Origin: Octopus bimaculoides
Taxonomy: Eukaryota
DNA: 64,000 bases
Reading direction: 5' to 3'
NCBI RefSeq assembly: GCF_001194135.2
Contig: NC_068985.1
Span: 107,850,764-107,914,763, forward strand
The position numbers were made by a program, and so were the translations under genes. The notes under the pieces were generated by a model. The model worked only from the letters and a program-made list of their open reading frames with translations. It had not been told where the DNA came from and did no database searches. Shown here piece after piece: positions 12,633 to 26,601 of this stretch. Numbering within the stretch: position 1 is the stretch's first letter; the number at the start of each line of letters is the position of its first letter.

Positions 12633-13143
12633 TTTATTATTATTATAAAGGCAGTGAACTGGCAGAATCATGAGCATGCCAGGCAAAATGCCTAGTAACA
12701 TTTCATCCATCTTTGCATTCTGGGTTCAAATACTGTTTGGGTCTTTGCCTTTCATCCTTTTGGGGTCAATAAAATAAGTACCAGTTGAGCACTAGTGTTG
12801 ATGTAATCGAATTAGCCCCTCTCCTCAAATTAGCCCCTCTCCCCAATATCCTCTTTCTTTCTGTGTCTGTTTCCACCCCAACTATCACATCCTTGGTGAT
12901 CTATTGAGTTGTTGGCGGGAGAATTGAGAGGATGTCTGACTGCTTGTGACTACATAGAAAGCTAAAGCAATTTGTAAAAACACGGTTCAAGCTATCAGAT
13001 CATACTAGCTTGTGAGTGATGGCTAAGGTCCATGTAAAATGTAGTGTGATGGGTAGGTTCTAAGTTGGCCTGGAAACTGGATGTTTGTCCAGCGATGGGA
13101 GACGTATAAACCTACAAAAAATCTGGTCTTTAACAGCTTGCCT

Positions 13144-13543
13144 GTTGTTGTTGTTGTTGTTGTTGGCACTCCATCGCTTACGACGTCGAGGGTTCCAGTT
13201 GATCCAATCAACGGAACAGCCTGCTCGTGAAATTAACGTGCAGGTGGCTGAGCACTCCACAGATACGTGTACCCTTAACGTAGATTTCGGGGAGATTCAG
13301 CGTGACACAGAGTGTGACAAGGCTGGCCCTTTGAATTACAGGCACAACAGAAACAGGAAGTGAGAGTGAGAGAAAGTTGTGGTGAAAGAGTACAGCAGGG
13401 TTCGCCACCATCCCCTGCCGGAGCCTCGTGGAGCTTTAGGTGTTTTCGCTCAATAAACACTCACAACACCCGGTCGGGGAATCGAAACCGCGATCCTATG
13501 ACCGTGAGTCCGTTGTCCTAACCACTGGGCCATTGCACCTCCA
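13144..13543 (-). mobile_element. S2 SINE, 7-bp TSD
   Basis: Reverse complement of 48056-48442 with a (TTG)n tail. TSD cttgcct at 13137-13143 and 13544-13550. Confidence 0.92.
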
Positions 13544-14447
13544 CTTGCCTATGCTGGTGATATTCTTTAATATGAGGCTTACCTCTTTTGAGGTGTGTAT
13601 GACAACATTGTTAAAGGTGTTATAGTTGTGAATCTGCTCTGACTACATCCCCACCTCCAGGCTGACTCTTTGGGCCTTATACGCACATTTACACATACAT
13701 AACATAAATTGTATATACATGGTACTTTTTGTTTTTCCATTTATATATTTTCATCTCTACTAAATTTCTTTTAGGTTGTTTCATATTTTAAAATCTATGC
13801 ACGGTTCTGTGAGTCAGCTGTGTTTATCTATATGTGAATATGAATTCAAAGCTTTTAGGCTCTGTATGTGTATTCTCTCTTTCTATTGTCTGTAATGGTG
13901 TATATCTGGTGTGTAATTGCTATTGTTTACTGTCTCTGTATCTTCCATGACTGTGGTTTTACTGTTTGCTTTTGCAAGTACTCCCTCTCCTCTCCATCTC
14001 AGTGGGTGGGGTTGGGAGTGTTGACATAAGAAGAAAGATGAGTTGTTTTGTAAACAGGAATCAAAGCTTTTCTATTTAAAGGTCACCGATGGGGGTCAAA
14101 CGTAAAGGGTAGCTGGGGTGTATTTCTGAAGTAGAGGCTAGACTGAGAATACATTGAAGTGTATTAGTGATATCCAAGTGTTTGTGAAATGGGTTTATAA
14201 CTCTACATGTAGGAGACATAGATAAACATTGAGACTTTGGAGGTCACATGTTAATAGTATATGAATGATAATCAAAGGTATTTCATTCATGATCATCCTT
14301 TGTATCTAAGACAACTTTATCTAGTGTGTCCTTCCTTTCTTTAAGACAGGAATCTATGATTTTGGAAAACAGGCTGCTGTTTCTAAGTCCCATGGGCCAT
14401 AGTGTCTACAGTTGTGTCTGTGGGCCATAGACAGAAAGAATTTCAGA

Positions 14448-14543
14448 ATGGACTTGTTCTGTACTTCAAGAAGTGACAATACTGAAATTGATTGTGAAAG
14501 CATTTCTGTAACTGACAGTACAAAGTTCAAACCTCTATACAGT
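14448..14543 (+). CDS. Candidate alternative first coding exon A, MDLFCTSRSDNTEIDCESISVTDSTKFKPLYS
   Basis: ATG in agaATGG context with an upstream in-frame TAG. 32 codons end in phase 0 at donor AGT|gtgagt (14544). A possible acceptor for the exon lies at 14345 or 14349 (ccttcctttctttaag|acag|). No protein family recognised. Confidence 0.45.
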
Positions 14544-14621
14544 GTGAGTTTGGCCCATAATTGATGCACTGACTTTGTTTTTGTTTTCAACTCCATCGGC
14601 TTTACTCATTTACTTAAGTCC

Positions 14622-14673
<52 letters not shown>

Positions 14674-15311
14674 TACAGACTTGCACATTATGTATTTGTG
14701 CATGATATCAGTAGTCAACTAGAACTTTGTCTTACATTGTAAACTTTCTTCTCTGATATACAATGTATATATCAGGCAGTTTGGTCTATAATCTTTTGCA
14801 GACTAAAAAATTAATATCAGCATAAGTGGCAAATACTATATCAAGTTGCTCCCATGGCTTTCCTACTGTTGAATTTCTTTTTACTAATCTTTTCTACCCC
14901 TTGTGATCTTCGGCTTTCTATATACCACAGAACCTTCCCAGAACCAAATATTTGTATAACTTTCTAAGTGTTTCATCGGCTTTGGTTATCCTGGTCGCAT
15001 TCATCTCCTCTCCAGGAGATGAATGCTATTGATACTCAAAGAGCTCAGTTTCCTTTTTAAAATCTTTCTGACTATTTGACTGTAACCTGTCAGTTGCACA
15101 TTCCCATCAGCCTGTAGAGGAGTTGATTCTCACCTGATGATAACATATATTTAGGTATAGGCGAGGCTGTGTGGTTGAGAAGTTCACTTCCGAGCTTGGT
15201 AATTTCAGATTAAGTTCCACTGTGTGGTACCTTGAGGAAGTGTGCTCCATTATAGACCAAGGTTGTTCAAAGCCTTGTGAGTGGATTTGGTAGATGGAAA
15301 CTAAAAGAAAC

Positions 15312-15540
15312 GGCAAGCTAGCAGAAACGTTAGCACGCCGGGCAAAATGCTTAGCGGTATTTCGTTTGTTTTTACGTTCTGAGTTCAAATTCTGCCGAGG
15401 TCGACTTTGCCTTTCATCCTTTTAGGGTCGATAAATTAAGTACCAGTTATGCACTGGGGTCGATGTAATCAACTTAATCCCTTTGTCTGTCTTTGTTTGT
15501 CCCCTCTATGTTTAGCCCCCTATGGGCAATAAAGAAATAA
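15312..15540 (+). mobile_element. tRNA-head SINE with gcctttcatcctttcggggtcgataaattaagtacc core (family S3, MetaSINE-like) inserted in an S1 SINE, 16-bp TSD
   Basis: TSD ggaaactaaaagaaac at 15296-15311 and 15541-15556; tail aataaagaaataa. The Meta-domain assignment is from memory. Confidence 0.9.
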
Positions 15541-18500
15541 GGAAACTAAAAGAAACCCATCAAGAGTGTGTGTGTGCTTATCCTTGATTTCACATCATTT
15601 GATACCATATTTTCCAGCTTACAAGTTGTCATATATAGTGTAAACATCTAAATATTGTTGCTATCTTTCCAAACCTTGCTTCATTTCACATGGAATCTTC
15701 AGTCCTCTGAAGTTGTCTTTGTGTATAAATTGACTTATTTTGGTCTGAAAATTTGGACTTTTATGCCAGAAAATATAGTAGTAGTTAACAAGTGTCACTG
15801 TGGTATAAATAGTGCCAATCATTTTCAATATTATGAAAATATATCTGGCCATAGGAAGATGTTACTTTGCTTGGAAACAGGTGAGTGTCGGTGATAAGCA
15901 GGGGTGTCCAGCCATAGGAAATCTGCTTCAATAACATCCATCTGATCCATGCAGGTATAGAAATGCAGATGTTAAAATGATGATGTTTTATACACACCCC
16001 AACACACCACATAGATAATTTCATCTATATCATTTGGAACTACTTCACTTTCTCTGGCTCAATTTTTCCAGGCAGTCTAGATGCTTTTTGTTTCCCAGAT
16101 TAAATCTTGCTAACTGTAGTCAACCCATAGCCATTGATCATTTCTTCTTATTTATTGAACAGAAATGTAATCAAATCTAGACTCAAACCTAGGTGTGTGA
16201 TGAAGAAGTTTGCTTCACAACCGAGTTAAATTCCACTACATAGTATTTTTGTGGGGAACTGTCTGATGAAAACTGTGTGGAAACCTGTCTTTACACATAC
16301 ACACACAACGCATGTGCAGTTTTCATCTAAACTGAAATTTTATTGTTTATGTTGTGCCTTTACAAATCAGTGTATAGTTGATACATTATCACTGTATCTA
16401 TCAGACAGGCTGATTTGATATTGTTTCACAAGTGTCATGAGTACACTATGGTGAAATATGAGGGTGAGTCAGAAATGCAGTTTTTATCTGTATTACTTTC
16501 TAACTCACACTTGTAGTGAATTAGGTGGTGATTTCGTTTCACCTAGCTCTGAAATATATTATTTTTTAACACAGTACATCTTAGATAGAAAATGCAACAT
16601 CTGGTTTTTTTAATGACACGTATATTATATTGGTAAAGTTTTGCTTATATTGAATAATTTGACATATATTTGTCTGTGTATGTATTATTTCTTTATGTTC
16701 TTATCTTCCATAACTGACAAATAGTGATGAATGACTGAAATAAGAACTAAGGTTACTATGATTGACTAAAACCTTTGAAGGGAGAGCTTCAGCATGGTCT
16801 TAGTTCTGTGAGGAGTAAAATAAAAATGGCAAATCTGTCCGTATTTCTTCTCTCTCTTTTTCTGATCTGTATTTAATATATATCACCTGGTGTTTGCGTG
16901 TTGCTATTTTTGGAAGTTTTCCAGACTTAAAATCCTGTTGTAATTTTAAATTTATCACATCATGGTGTCATATCTGTCTACTTTACTTGAAAACCTGCAG
17001 CTTTCCTTGTGTACCCCACCCCACCTATCAGCTCCGTTACAGCAGGTGAATGGGATATTGAGGGGGGCTGGTTAAACATTCAAGAGAAAACCCAACTGTC
17101 TAAATACCAAATACTTGTGTTCAGCCATTGTTTTTGTTGTATATCTAGGATCATCTCTGTTTGAAGTAACCAGTGAAACTTGTGCCAGTAAAACATATGA
17201 AGCAACAAAGACCTCCTAGGTTATATTCCATTAGCACTGCCCCTCCCATCCAAAGGGTCCCACATATGTTGAAACAAAGTAATTTGTTTCATGTCTGGCT
17301 GTCCCATGTGTTGTGCATCCTGTTCTATTAACTCTCAGCTATTTGAGACACGATTTATCGTCTGTCTTAGCAGGACATTTGACATGACTGAAGCTGATAA
17401 GAGAGCCCCATCCTTGTGTGTATGTGTAATTTGTGATATAGGCACAAGTTTTCAAATATAAATGCTTATATAAACATCAGTACATTCCTGGTATTTTCTT
17501 TATCAATTTTGGCAGAATTTGAACCTAAAATGTATGACTGCATACCAGAGACTTAATTTTTCTCTTTGGAGCCAAAAGATATTTCAGCTCCCAAGAACTA
17601 CTGACGCTCTGCATGGCTCATCTGATCCTTATACCTACATCTGGAATGATGATGTTACTACACATTCTGGGTTACTTTCAGGCATTCTGGATTGCATTCA
17701 GACAAGGGTCCCTTGACTGAGTGGCAGTAAATCACTAATGCCCACCTTCTGACCCACAAGTGTGTTGTTTCTTCTCTCAGTCTTGTCTGTTGCTACTATA
17801 ATGGCCTCATCACTCAGGAGCCTGCAGGCCTTTTACCCTCACCATATAGGTATCCTGACCCACTCGTCTCTCTACTTCATCACCAGTATGGCAGATCCCC
17901 TAACCACACAGCCCAGAACTAATTACTATGACCAGTCCTTTCTCCTCAGGACTTTTTGAAATCACTTCCTAGCTCATGACTTTCTGGCAGATGTTGATTT
18001 GCAACATTTTAAATTTAACAATAACATCCTCATTGATCTTGAAGGGCATGCAAGAGCATGAGCAGAGTTATTTCATCCAGATTCAGCAAGTAAAATACAA
18101 AGGTATATAAAATGCCAAGTGGCATTTTTCGTCTGTTAAGTGATTCTGGCCTATTACAAAATATATAAAGAAAAGTATTGGTATATCTACCAGACAAAGC
18201 ACAATAGTTAAATATGTTTTAGACATGACTGGTGTTTACCTTGGTAGTTATGTTTTATATTAATTGTGCTAGATAACCAGTGATGTAGAGGAAAGAGCTT
18301 CCAATATGTTGGGACATCTGTTGTTTGAAAAATAAGTCCAGTAAATGTTGGTTTGTCTATGATAGAAATGATGCTAGCAGCAGCTGGAACAGTTACTACT
18401 ACTACTACTACTACACACGTGCATTCACATCCATCTTGGGTTAAAACTTCTCTGTAAAGAAGAGATACTTTTTGTATGTTACCCATCCTTAAAACTGTTG

Positions 18501-21500
18501 TTAATATACAAGCGTATGTGTGTGTGTGTCTGTAGGGTTGTTGATGCTCAAACATTCTGGTAGGGTTTGAGGAATTTTCTTATGTTTCTTAACTCTAAAA
18601 AGGAATTAGTGTGAGTAATGAGTGGTGTTAGTCTTTATTCTACTTTGATCATGTTAGACTGATGTCTTGAAGTGATAAGAAAAATTAACAATGACTTGCA
18701 TATTCATTCTTAATACATTTGGACAGATTTGAATGCAGATATCCTAATTGCTATTGTGTTTTGTCACAGGACCACAAAGTTTCCTTTATGATGAATGTGT
18801 TCATAACACATTCGATTCATGAGCACAAGGGACTCTGAGACAGCCAGTGTTTCGGCATCATTGTGTCTCATCAGTCAGTGGCACTCCAGACTAATGTATC
18901 TAACAAGAACTCTTGTTTATAATTTAGTGAACTAAGTCATTTGCTGACATGTAGGTGTAATGAAATCTGCCAACTGATAATGAATCACTGTGCATCATGT
19001 ATATCTTTTACTTGTTTCAGTCATTCGGTAGTGACCATGCTCAGGCACCACCTTGAAAAGTTTTAGTTAATCAAATCAATTTCGGTGCTTATCTTTTTTT
19101 AAGCATGGCATTTATTCTGTCATTCTCTTTTTGTGAAATCATTAAGTTGCAGGGATGTAAACAAACCAACACAGGTTGTCAAGTGGTGGGAGTGGGGGTG
19201 CAAACACCGAGCCACACACACGCACCCACATGACAGGCTTCTTTTAGTTTCTATCTAATGCACTCACAAGACTTTGGTTGGCCTGGGGCTATAGAAAACA
19301 CTTATCCGAAGTGCCTTACTGTGGAACTGAATATGGAACTGTGGTTGGGAAGCAAACTTCTTACCACACAGCCATGCCTGTACGTATGACAATTTATAAA
19401 TGAAAATTTAAATGGCTTGTAATGGCTGTTGTATATTATTTCACCACTAATGAGACAACTGAAAGTGATCATGGCTACAGGTGTTAATTCTAATTTGTAA
19501 TAGTGTTAATTGTGCTTTTGCTAAGTAGCCCACCACTAAACTTAGCTATTTAAGATATGCAACATATTAGATTATATTAATTCAGTTGTGTGTGGGGCCA
19601 AAGTTGTGTTACATGTGTCATGTCAGGTGTAGTCAATCTCGTGTTTCTGTTAAGTGGCCTACCTCTAAACACATTTTTGGGAGATCAGACATATTAATAT
19701 GGATTGTTTCAATCGTGTGTGGTACCAGAGTTGTGTTATTTGTGTCATGTAAGGTGTAGTCTACCAGACAGACAGCTTGTGTTACATTAACTTCATATTT
19801 TGTTTCTTACCAACCTAGAATTTTAGCAAGGACTTCAGTAGTGACAGAGTTGTGTAGGAATTTGATTTATGTAGAGTAAAATGTTATTTTCATGGGATTA
19901 AACTGGTAGGCTAGCGATTACATGGCTATTGTTTCAAATTTAACTGAAGCCAATTGGATCGTCTTAGCTTAACTCACTGTACCTGACTAAATGTAGATAA
20001 TCATTTTACCAATTAATAGGTGCAGGTGTGGCTGTGTGGTTAGGAGTTTTGTTGCCCAACCACATGGTTTGGGGTTCAGTCCTACTGTTCTGTGCTTTGG
20101 GCAAGTTTTTTCTACTTAAATCAACAAGCCAACCAACGTCTTCTGAGTGAATTTGGTTGGCAGAAACTGAAAGAAGCTTGTGTGTGCATGTATTTGTGCT
20201 CTATAAAAGCTGGAAGCTGTAAGTGATGTTGTTGCTTGTAAACAAATTCTGTTCACTTTGTGCCTTTCAAAAATGTTTGAATTAAAGAGATTTTGAAAAA
20301 CAGGAAAAAATTAAAGGGCATCCATTATAAAACAGGGTCTCGTTAAGGTAATGATATATGCAAAACAGAGTAGCATTGCAAGATGGCTGTGATAAAAGTT
20401 TTCCCTCAAAGATTTTCTCAGGCTTTCAAAACAAAACTCAGGTGAAAGGATCTCAATCTGAAACCTGATATCTACCCCCTTCTCATACCTCACCAGTATA
20501 AGGTTGCCCTGCATTGAGATATATCACTTCTAATCTTAAAATCTAGTTACTGTCCATCAACAAAACAAAAAAAAGGCAGATATTTATCATTCTGTGCTGA
20601 GACACACATGGGGTATATTTAGTATGAAATAAGTGGTCATGCCTGTTTTACTTGGTTTGATCATATCTACATATTGGATGGTATTGGTGCATTTTGAAGT
20701 TAATTGACATGATATTGATTGTGTTTTATGATTTGTAGAGGTTGATTTTCTATGGCCGAATGTCCTTCCTGTCATCGGTCCTCGTCTGTTTCTTTGCAGT
20801 GATGGAGTTTCTCTTTGGCTGGACATGTTTGCACGGGAGATTAGAAATTGACACTGCTTGTATGATGGTGATGCTTGTTTTACAACTGTTGTATGATGTT
20901 GAGACGAGAGGACACAAACAGTTTACTGTAGCCCAATTGTGTGTGTGTGTGTGTGTGCATAGGTAGCTATATTCGTGTCTCCTTCCTGGTGTCATACAAT
21001 AGCAGTAAAATGAACATTGCTATCATACAAGTGGTGGTCCTTTGTTTCCAACCTTCTGTGAAGACATGTCCAACTATAGGGAAATATCAGCTTGCTTGGG
21101 AACAATTTAGGAGTGGCAACAATGAGAGCAGTTAACTAAGGAAAACGTGTCTTAATGAATTCTGTTTCATTTGGTATAAGCAGGAAAAAGTGGATGTTAA
21201 AATGATGATGCTGCTTTTCAAACAGTGTATGTGTATGAATGTTTATATTCATTGTTATTTGTATAGTGCAATGTTTGTGCTGTTGGGTAGTCTGGTTGCA
21301 ATAGTGTTGAAGAGAAAAGGGGTGGTATAAGTGAGGGCTGATTTTAGCAATAGTGACATTAGATGGGGTGGGTTGTGGTGATGAAATCATTGTTGGTTGT
21401 GGAGTTTTTTTCGCTATTGACTATGCTACCTGACTGTTTTCATGTAAAGCCCTAACAAACATCTAACACTGTATTCTTATCTCTACCCAGACAGCTTTAA

Positions 21501-21692
21501 TTTCAAACTGTAATCTCTTCATTCTCAGAGTATTTTATATAAAGCTGGACATTGGTTAAGAAGAAGGTACAAAAATATTATGGTGGTGGTATGGATGCTT
21601 TTAGAAACATGTGTTCTGCCGTGAAGTTATCACAATGAAGCATTTGATAAGAATTAGTATGTAACTAGTTGATTGTTTTGATGACTCTAGAA

Positions 21693-21964
21693 CAGGGATC
21701 AGCAAAGTTCTTATCTCATAGACCCCCACCCGTCATGGAATTGTTGATAACTTATCAACTCCCATCATGTAAGTTTCTAAAACACAATTAAAAAGTATAA
21801 TTACTACAAAATCTCTTGACTTATAAACAATAATTTCTTCATTTCTTCATTGTTGTACTGCTTTTTACTAAGAAATATGTAAAGAAATTTAATGAAGATA
21901 CTTAATGAAGTTGAAAAAGAGCAATAAAATTACAAGTGTTTATTGACCACTTAGCTGATCCCTA
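21693..21964. mobile_element. Non-autonomous hAT (Charlie-like) MITE, 272 bp
   Basis: TIRs cagggatcagcaaa and ttagctgatcccta (12/14 match). 8-bp TSD ctctagaa (21685-21692) and ctatagaa (21965-21972), matching the NTCTAGAN preference of Charlie elements. Confidence 0.85.
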
Positions 21965-24900
21965 CTATAGAAGAACAAACCATGAGTAAAATTTGGCTGA
22001 TGGAAACCATGTGGAAGCCCATTGGAGTGACCATTCCAATTCTTGCTTGGTAAACTGAATCCATTGCAACAACACTACCTGGCCCTTGGGTACCTTGTGC
22101 AAAATCCACTTTGTTGTAATGATTTTTGGGAAGTCTTTGGTTTGAAGACAACTTTCTCTCTGCTTCCTACAAGTCTTGAAAACTGAAAAAGGGTCATGGA
22201 CAGTACCCTCCCTCATTTGAGTTAGCCATTAAAAATTGATAGTAGATGGTAACCTTAAAACCTTGTGACCTAAAGTCAGAGGTATTTCAAATCAGGACCT
22301 ACAAATTTTTGTCTCTTATGTTTTTTTTTCATACTGTAGTCACATCCAATACATTTTGTTTTAAGATGGTAGTGTGGTTTTAGGGAGATTTAGCTGCAAT
22401 TTCTAGTAGGTTGGGTGACTATTGAGACTCCCTTGGATTGTCAGAATAACACTTGAGTGGTGTGAATATTCAATAATGCTATGTTAGCTGTAGAAGACCA
22501 TGATGGAGAGGAAAATTGTAAGTCATTCGACTGTAGCTATGCTAAGACATCACTTTAATAAGTAGAATTCATTTAAAATCAACATAATTATTTGAATGCC
22601 ATGTATTTTATTGATCTTGACAGGTTGAAAGACTCAGCTTTGAGAGAGATCTGAACTCAATTTGGTTTTGATCCACCAGCCAAATAAAAGTTCCAGTGGT
22701 AGAAATATGTAACTGGTGTCTTGGTGGTGATGGTGGTTTAGATGTCATTTACCTCAAATTACGTTAGTTAGCACCACTGCAATGCTCTCTAAAATATTTT
22801 TATTCCATGACTTGGTTGTGTGGTTAAGAAGCTTGCTTCCCAACCATATGATCTTGGGTTTAGTCCTACTGCTCAGCACTTTGAGCAGGTGTTTTCTACT
22901 ATATTCTTAGGCTGGCCAAAACTTTGTGAATGGATATAGTAGACGGAAATTAAAAGAGGCCTGTTTTATGTGTGTGTATGTGTGTAACCTTGTCTAGACA
23001 TCACCTGATGGTCAAAAATGAGCCACATTGTCATACAAGGACGGTTGCTCATTTCTATTCTTCTGCTAAAAAACATGCCGAGCTATGGAAAAACATTACC
23101 TTTCTTGGAAACGGGTAAGAGATGATGGCAGGAAGGGTTTGGGAATCTGACCATAAAAAATTTGCATCAACAAATTCTGTTTGCATGCATGCAAGCCTGG
23201 AAAAAACATTAAATGATGACGATGATGATGATGATTCATTTGTCTATGAATTATTTTGACTTTTTTTTTCAGTAAATTTCAGGTCAGACACGCTTGTAAA
23301 TAAATATAGGTTACGCATAAGATTTGATTTGTTAATCTTCCTTCATAACTGAATTCACTACTACAGCCAGTTCTATCCGTATCACCACCCACAACCACCT
23401 AACTCCTTACCTATCCCTCTTGATTTATATTTTATTGCATTTCTCTCTTTATTTATTTACATGAATTACTCGACTTGTTTGGTAGTTGGCCTATTTTGAA
23501 GGGCTTAGTTGAAAAAATCACCAGCAGTACTTGATGTTTTATTGGCCTTGTTTTTGTTTTTTGTTGTACTACTAAGTTATGGGGACGTAAACAAACCAAC
23601 ACAGGTTGTCAACCAGTAGTGGTAGTAGGGGTCAAACATAACATAACATACAATGGTCTATTCCAGTTTCTGTCTACTGAATCCACTCAAGTTTTTGTTT
23701 GACTTGGGGCTGTTGTAGAAGACACTTCTCTAAGGTGCCACACAGTGCGATTGAACCCAAAACCACATTGCTGGAAAGCAAGCTTCTTAACCATATACCC
23801 AAATCTGCACCACTATTATATATTTTTATCATCTTGATCTGACTCTTTCATAGTTAGCATAAAGCTGCTACTCCTCCTTAGTCTATAACCCATAGCTACT
23901 ATCTACCACATTGCCCTGACCTACCTCTACCATCTATCACTGTTACTGACTACATCAGCCTGTCTTACCTCTATAATAACCGTCTACCACTGTTAAATAC
24001 CACATCACTCTGATCTACTTATATAGTTGCCATATACTACTGCACCATCCTGACTATTCCTAGCTACCATTTACCGTTGTTACATATCACAGCAACCTGA
24101 CATATATCTACCTCCACAATCAATACTTATCTACCCATGAAAACAGGAGATGTGATAATGCCATGTAGCTGTATGTCCCAACACGCCATGTCCCAGTGTT
24201 AGGTTCAGGTCATTCAATGGAACTGGTCTGTAACAGAACTGTTAACAATGCAGCTCTACTTTAATTCTGTTACTACCATTTCTGGTTAGACTGGAAAATG
24301 AACAACTGATTCCACACAAATTTATCCAAGTGGTACTACCTAAAAGTGTACTAAAACAAAAGACATGACAACTGTTCTTGGAGTTACATGAATACTTGAT
24401 CTGTCAATGATTGAATCGGCTAATTCTGTCCAACAACTTATGTCCTCAAAGTTACCATTGAAACATGGTATTGTAGCATTCATTTTGGTTTCATCCCTTC
24501 TGAATCTAATTCGCAACAGTAGCCATAGGAAGAAAAGCTGTGCTGTGAGCTGACATAACAATTTTTAACTTAGAGCTGCAGCCAGCTGTGACTTTTCATC
24601 CTACAAGCTTAAATGATTTTGTCAGTTTGTACTCTGGTACTGTACTCTGTCCATAACAAACAGAGCAATGCAAAGTTGGCTGTGTGTGTGTGTTTATTAA
24701 TCACAAGACTGACACAGCATACAGGAGATTAAATATGTAAATAAGATCATACCCAGCCTTATCATGTTTACATTATTCATAAAGTAGTGTTCTTATATTC
24801 TCTCAGAGCTTATGGGGAAGTATCTGAATCCTGGCAATGACTTATCCAGAGCCAAAAACAAATCTCTTAGTCAATTCTGTCTCCTCAGCTGCTGAAAACT

Positions 24901-25018
24901 CTGTCGTTCAACCTGCAGATCTATTTTGATCTATTTTCATAACATAAATATATATCTATTAAACAAATGACGGTGACTTTGTTTACAAGTATAATTTTGT
25001 AAGTATTACATGCTCCAG

Positions 25019-25053
<35 letters not shown>

Positions 25054-25055
<2 letters not shown>

Positions 25056-25460
25056 ACTCTTTTACTTGCTTCAGTCATTTGACTGCGGCCATGCTGGAGC
25101 ACTGCCTTTAGTCGAGCAAATTGACCCCAGGACTTATTCTTTGGAAGCCTAGTACTTATTCTATCAGTCTCTTTTGCCGAACCACTAAGTTACGGGGACG
25201 TAAACACACCACCATCAGTTGTCAAGCGATGTTGGGGGGACAAACACAGACACACAAACATACACACACACATAAATATATATATATATATATATACACA
25301 TATATACAATGGGCTTCTTTCAGTTTCCGTCTACCAAATCCACTCACAAGGCTTTGGTTGACCCGAGGCTATAGTGGAAGACACTTGCCCAAGGTGCCAC
25401 GCAGTGGGAATGAACCTGGAACCATTTGGTTGGTAAGCAAGCTACTTACCACACAGCCAT
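25054..25460 (-). mobile_element. S1a SINE, near full length
   Basis: Reverse complement of 1231-1631 along its length. Confidence 0.9.
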
Positions 25461-25817
25461 GTATGCATGTTATATATATGCAAGCATGGTTGTATTAAGT
25501 TGATTTCCCAACCACATTGTATTCAGTCTCACTGTGCAGCAACTTGGGCAAATGTTTTCCTATATGTCATTGGCCTGGTCAAAAAACCCCTGTGAGTGAA
25601 TCTGGTTGACAGGAACTGAAAGAAAACTGTTGTATGTATATGTATGTTTGTGCGCAGATACACACACGTATATGCACACACACATGCGCGCGTCTTCCAT
25701 TTACTCCATAATGAAATAAGAGATGTCATATTTGAAAATAAAGGTTAGTAATAGGAAAAGCCTCCAGCAGTAAAGCCATACCTCAAAAATATATTTGTCT
25801 AACCCTACCTGTATAGA

Positions 25818-25853
<36 letters not shown>

Positions 25854-25993
25854 ATATCAGTGTCGCCTTACTGGCATGTTAGAAAATCATTTGAGCGAGG
25901 TCGTTGCCAGTGCCACTGGACTGGTTCCTGTGCAGGTGGCATGTAAAAAACACCATTTTGAGCGTGGCCGTTGCCAGTACCATGTGACTGGCC

Positions 25994-26601
25994 NNNNNNN
26001 NNNNNNNNNNNNNNNNNNNNNNNNNNNNNNNNNNNNNNNNNNNNNNNNNNNNNNNNNNNNNNNNNNNNNNNNNNNNNNNNNNNNNNNNNNNNNNNNNNNN
26101 NNNNNNNNNNNNNNNNNNNNNNNNNNNNNNNNNNNNNNNNNNNNNNNNNNNNNNNNNNNNNNNNNNNNNNNNNNNNNNNNNNNNNNNNNNNNNNNNNNNN
26201 NNNNNNNNNNNNNNNNNNNNNNNNNNNNNNNNNNNNNNNNNNNNNNNNNNNNNNNNNNNNNNNNNNNNNNNNNNNNNNNNNNNNNNNNNNNNNNNNNNNN
26301 NNNNNNNNNNNNNNNNNNNNNNNNNNNNNNNNNNNNNNNNNNNNNNNNNNNNNNNNNNNNNNNNNNNNNNNNNNNNNNNNNNNNNNNNNNNNNNNNNNNN
26401 NNNNNNNNNNNNNNNNNNNNNNNNNNNNNNNNNNNNNNNNNNNNNNNNNNNNNNNNNNNNNNNNNNNNNNNNNNNNNNNNNNNNNNNNNNNNNNNNNNNN
26501 NNNNNNNNNNNNNNNNNNNNNNNNNNNNNNNNNNNNNNNNNNNNNNNNNNNNNNNNNNNNNNNNNNNNNNNNNNNNNNNNNNNNNNNNNNNNNNNNNNNN
26601 N
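25994..26601. other. Assembly gap (608 N) inside an S4 element
   Basis: N run; the flanks are an S4 body and an S4 tail. Confidence 0.99.

Noticed and set aside
18770-18930. Acceptor-like ttttgtcacag| followed by unique sequence
   Set aside because: Stops in all three frames and no good donor.
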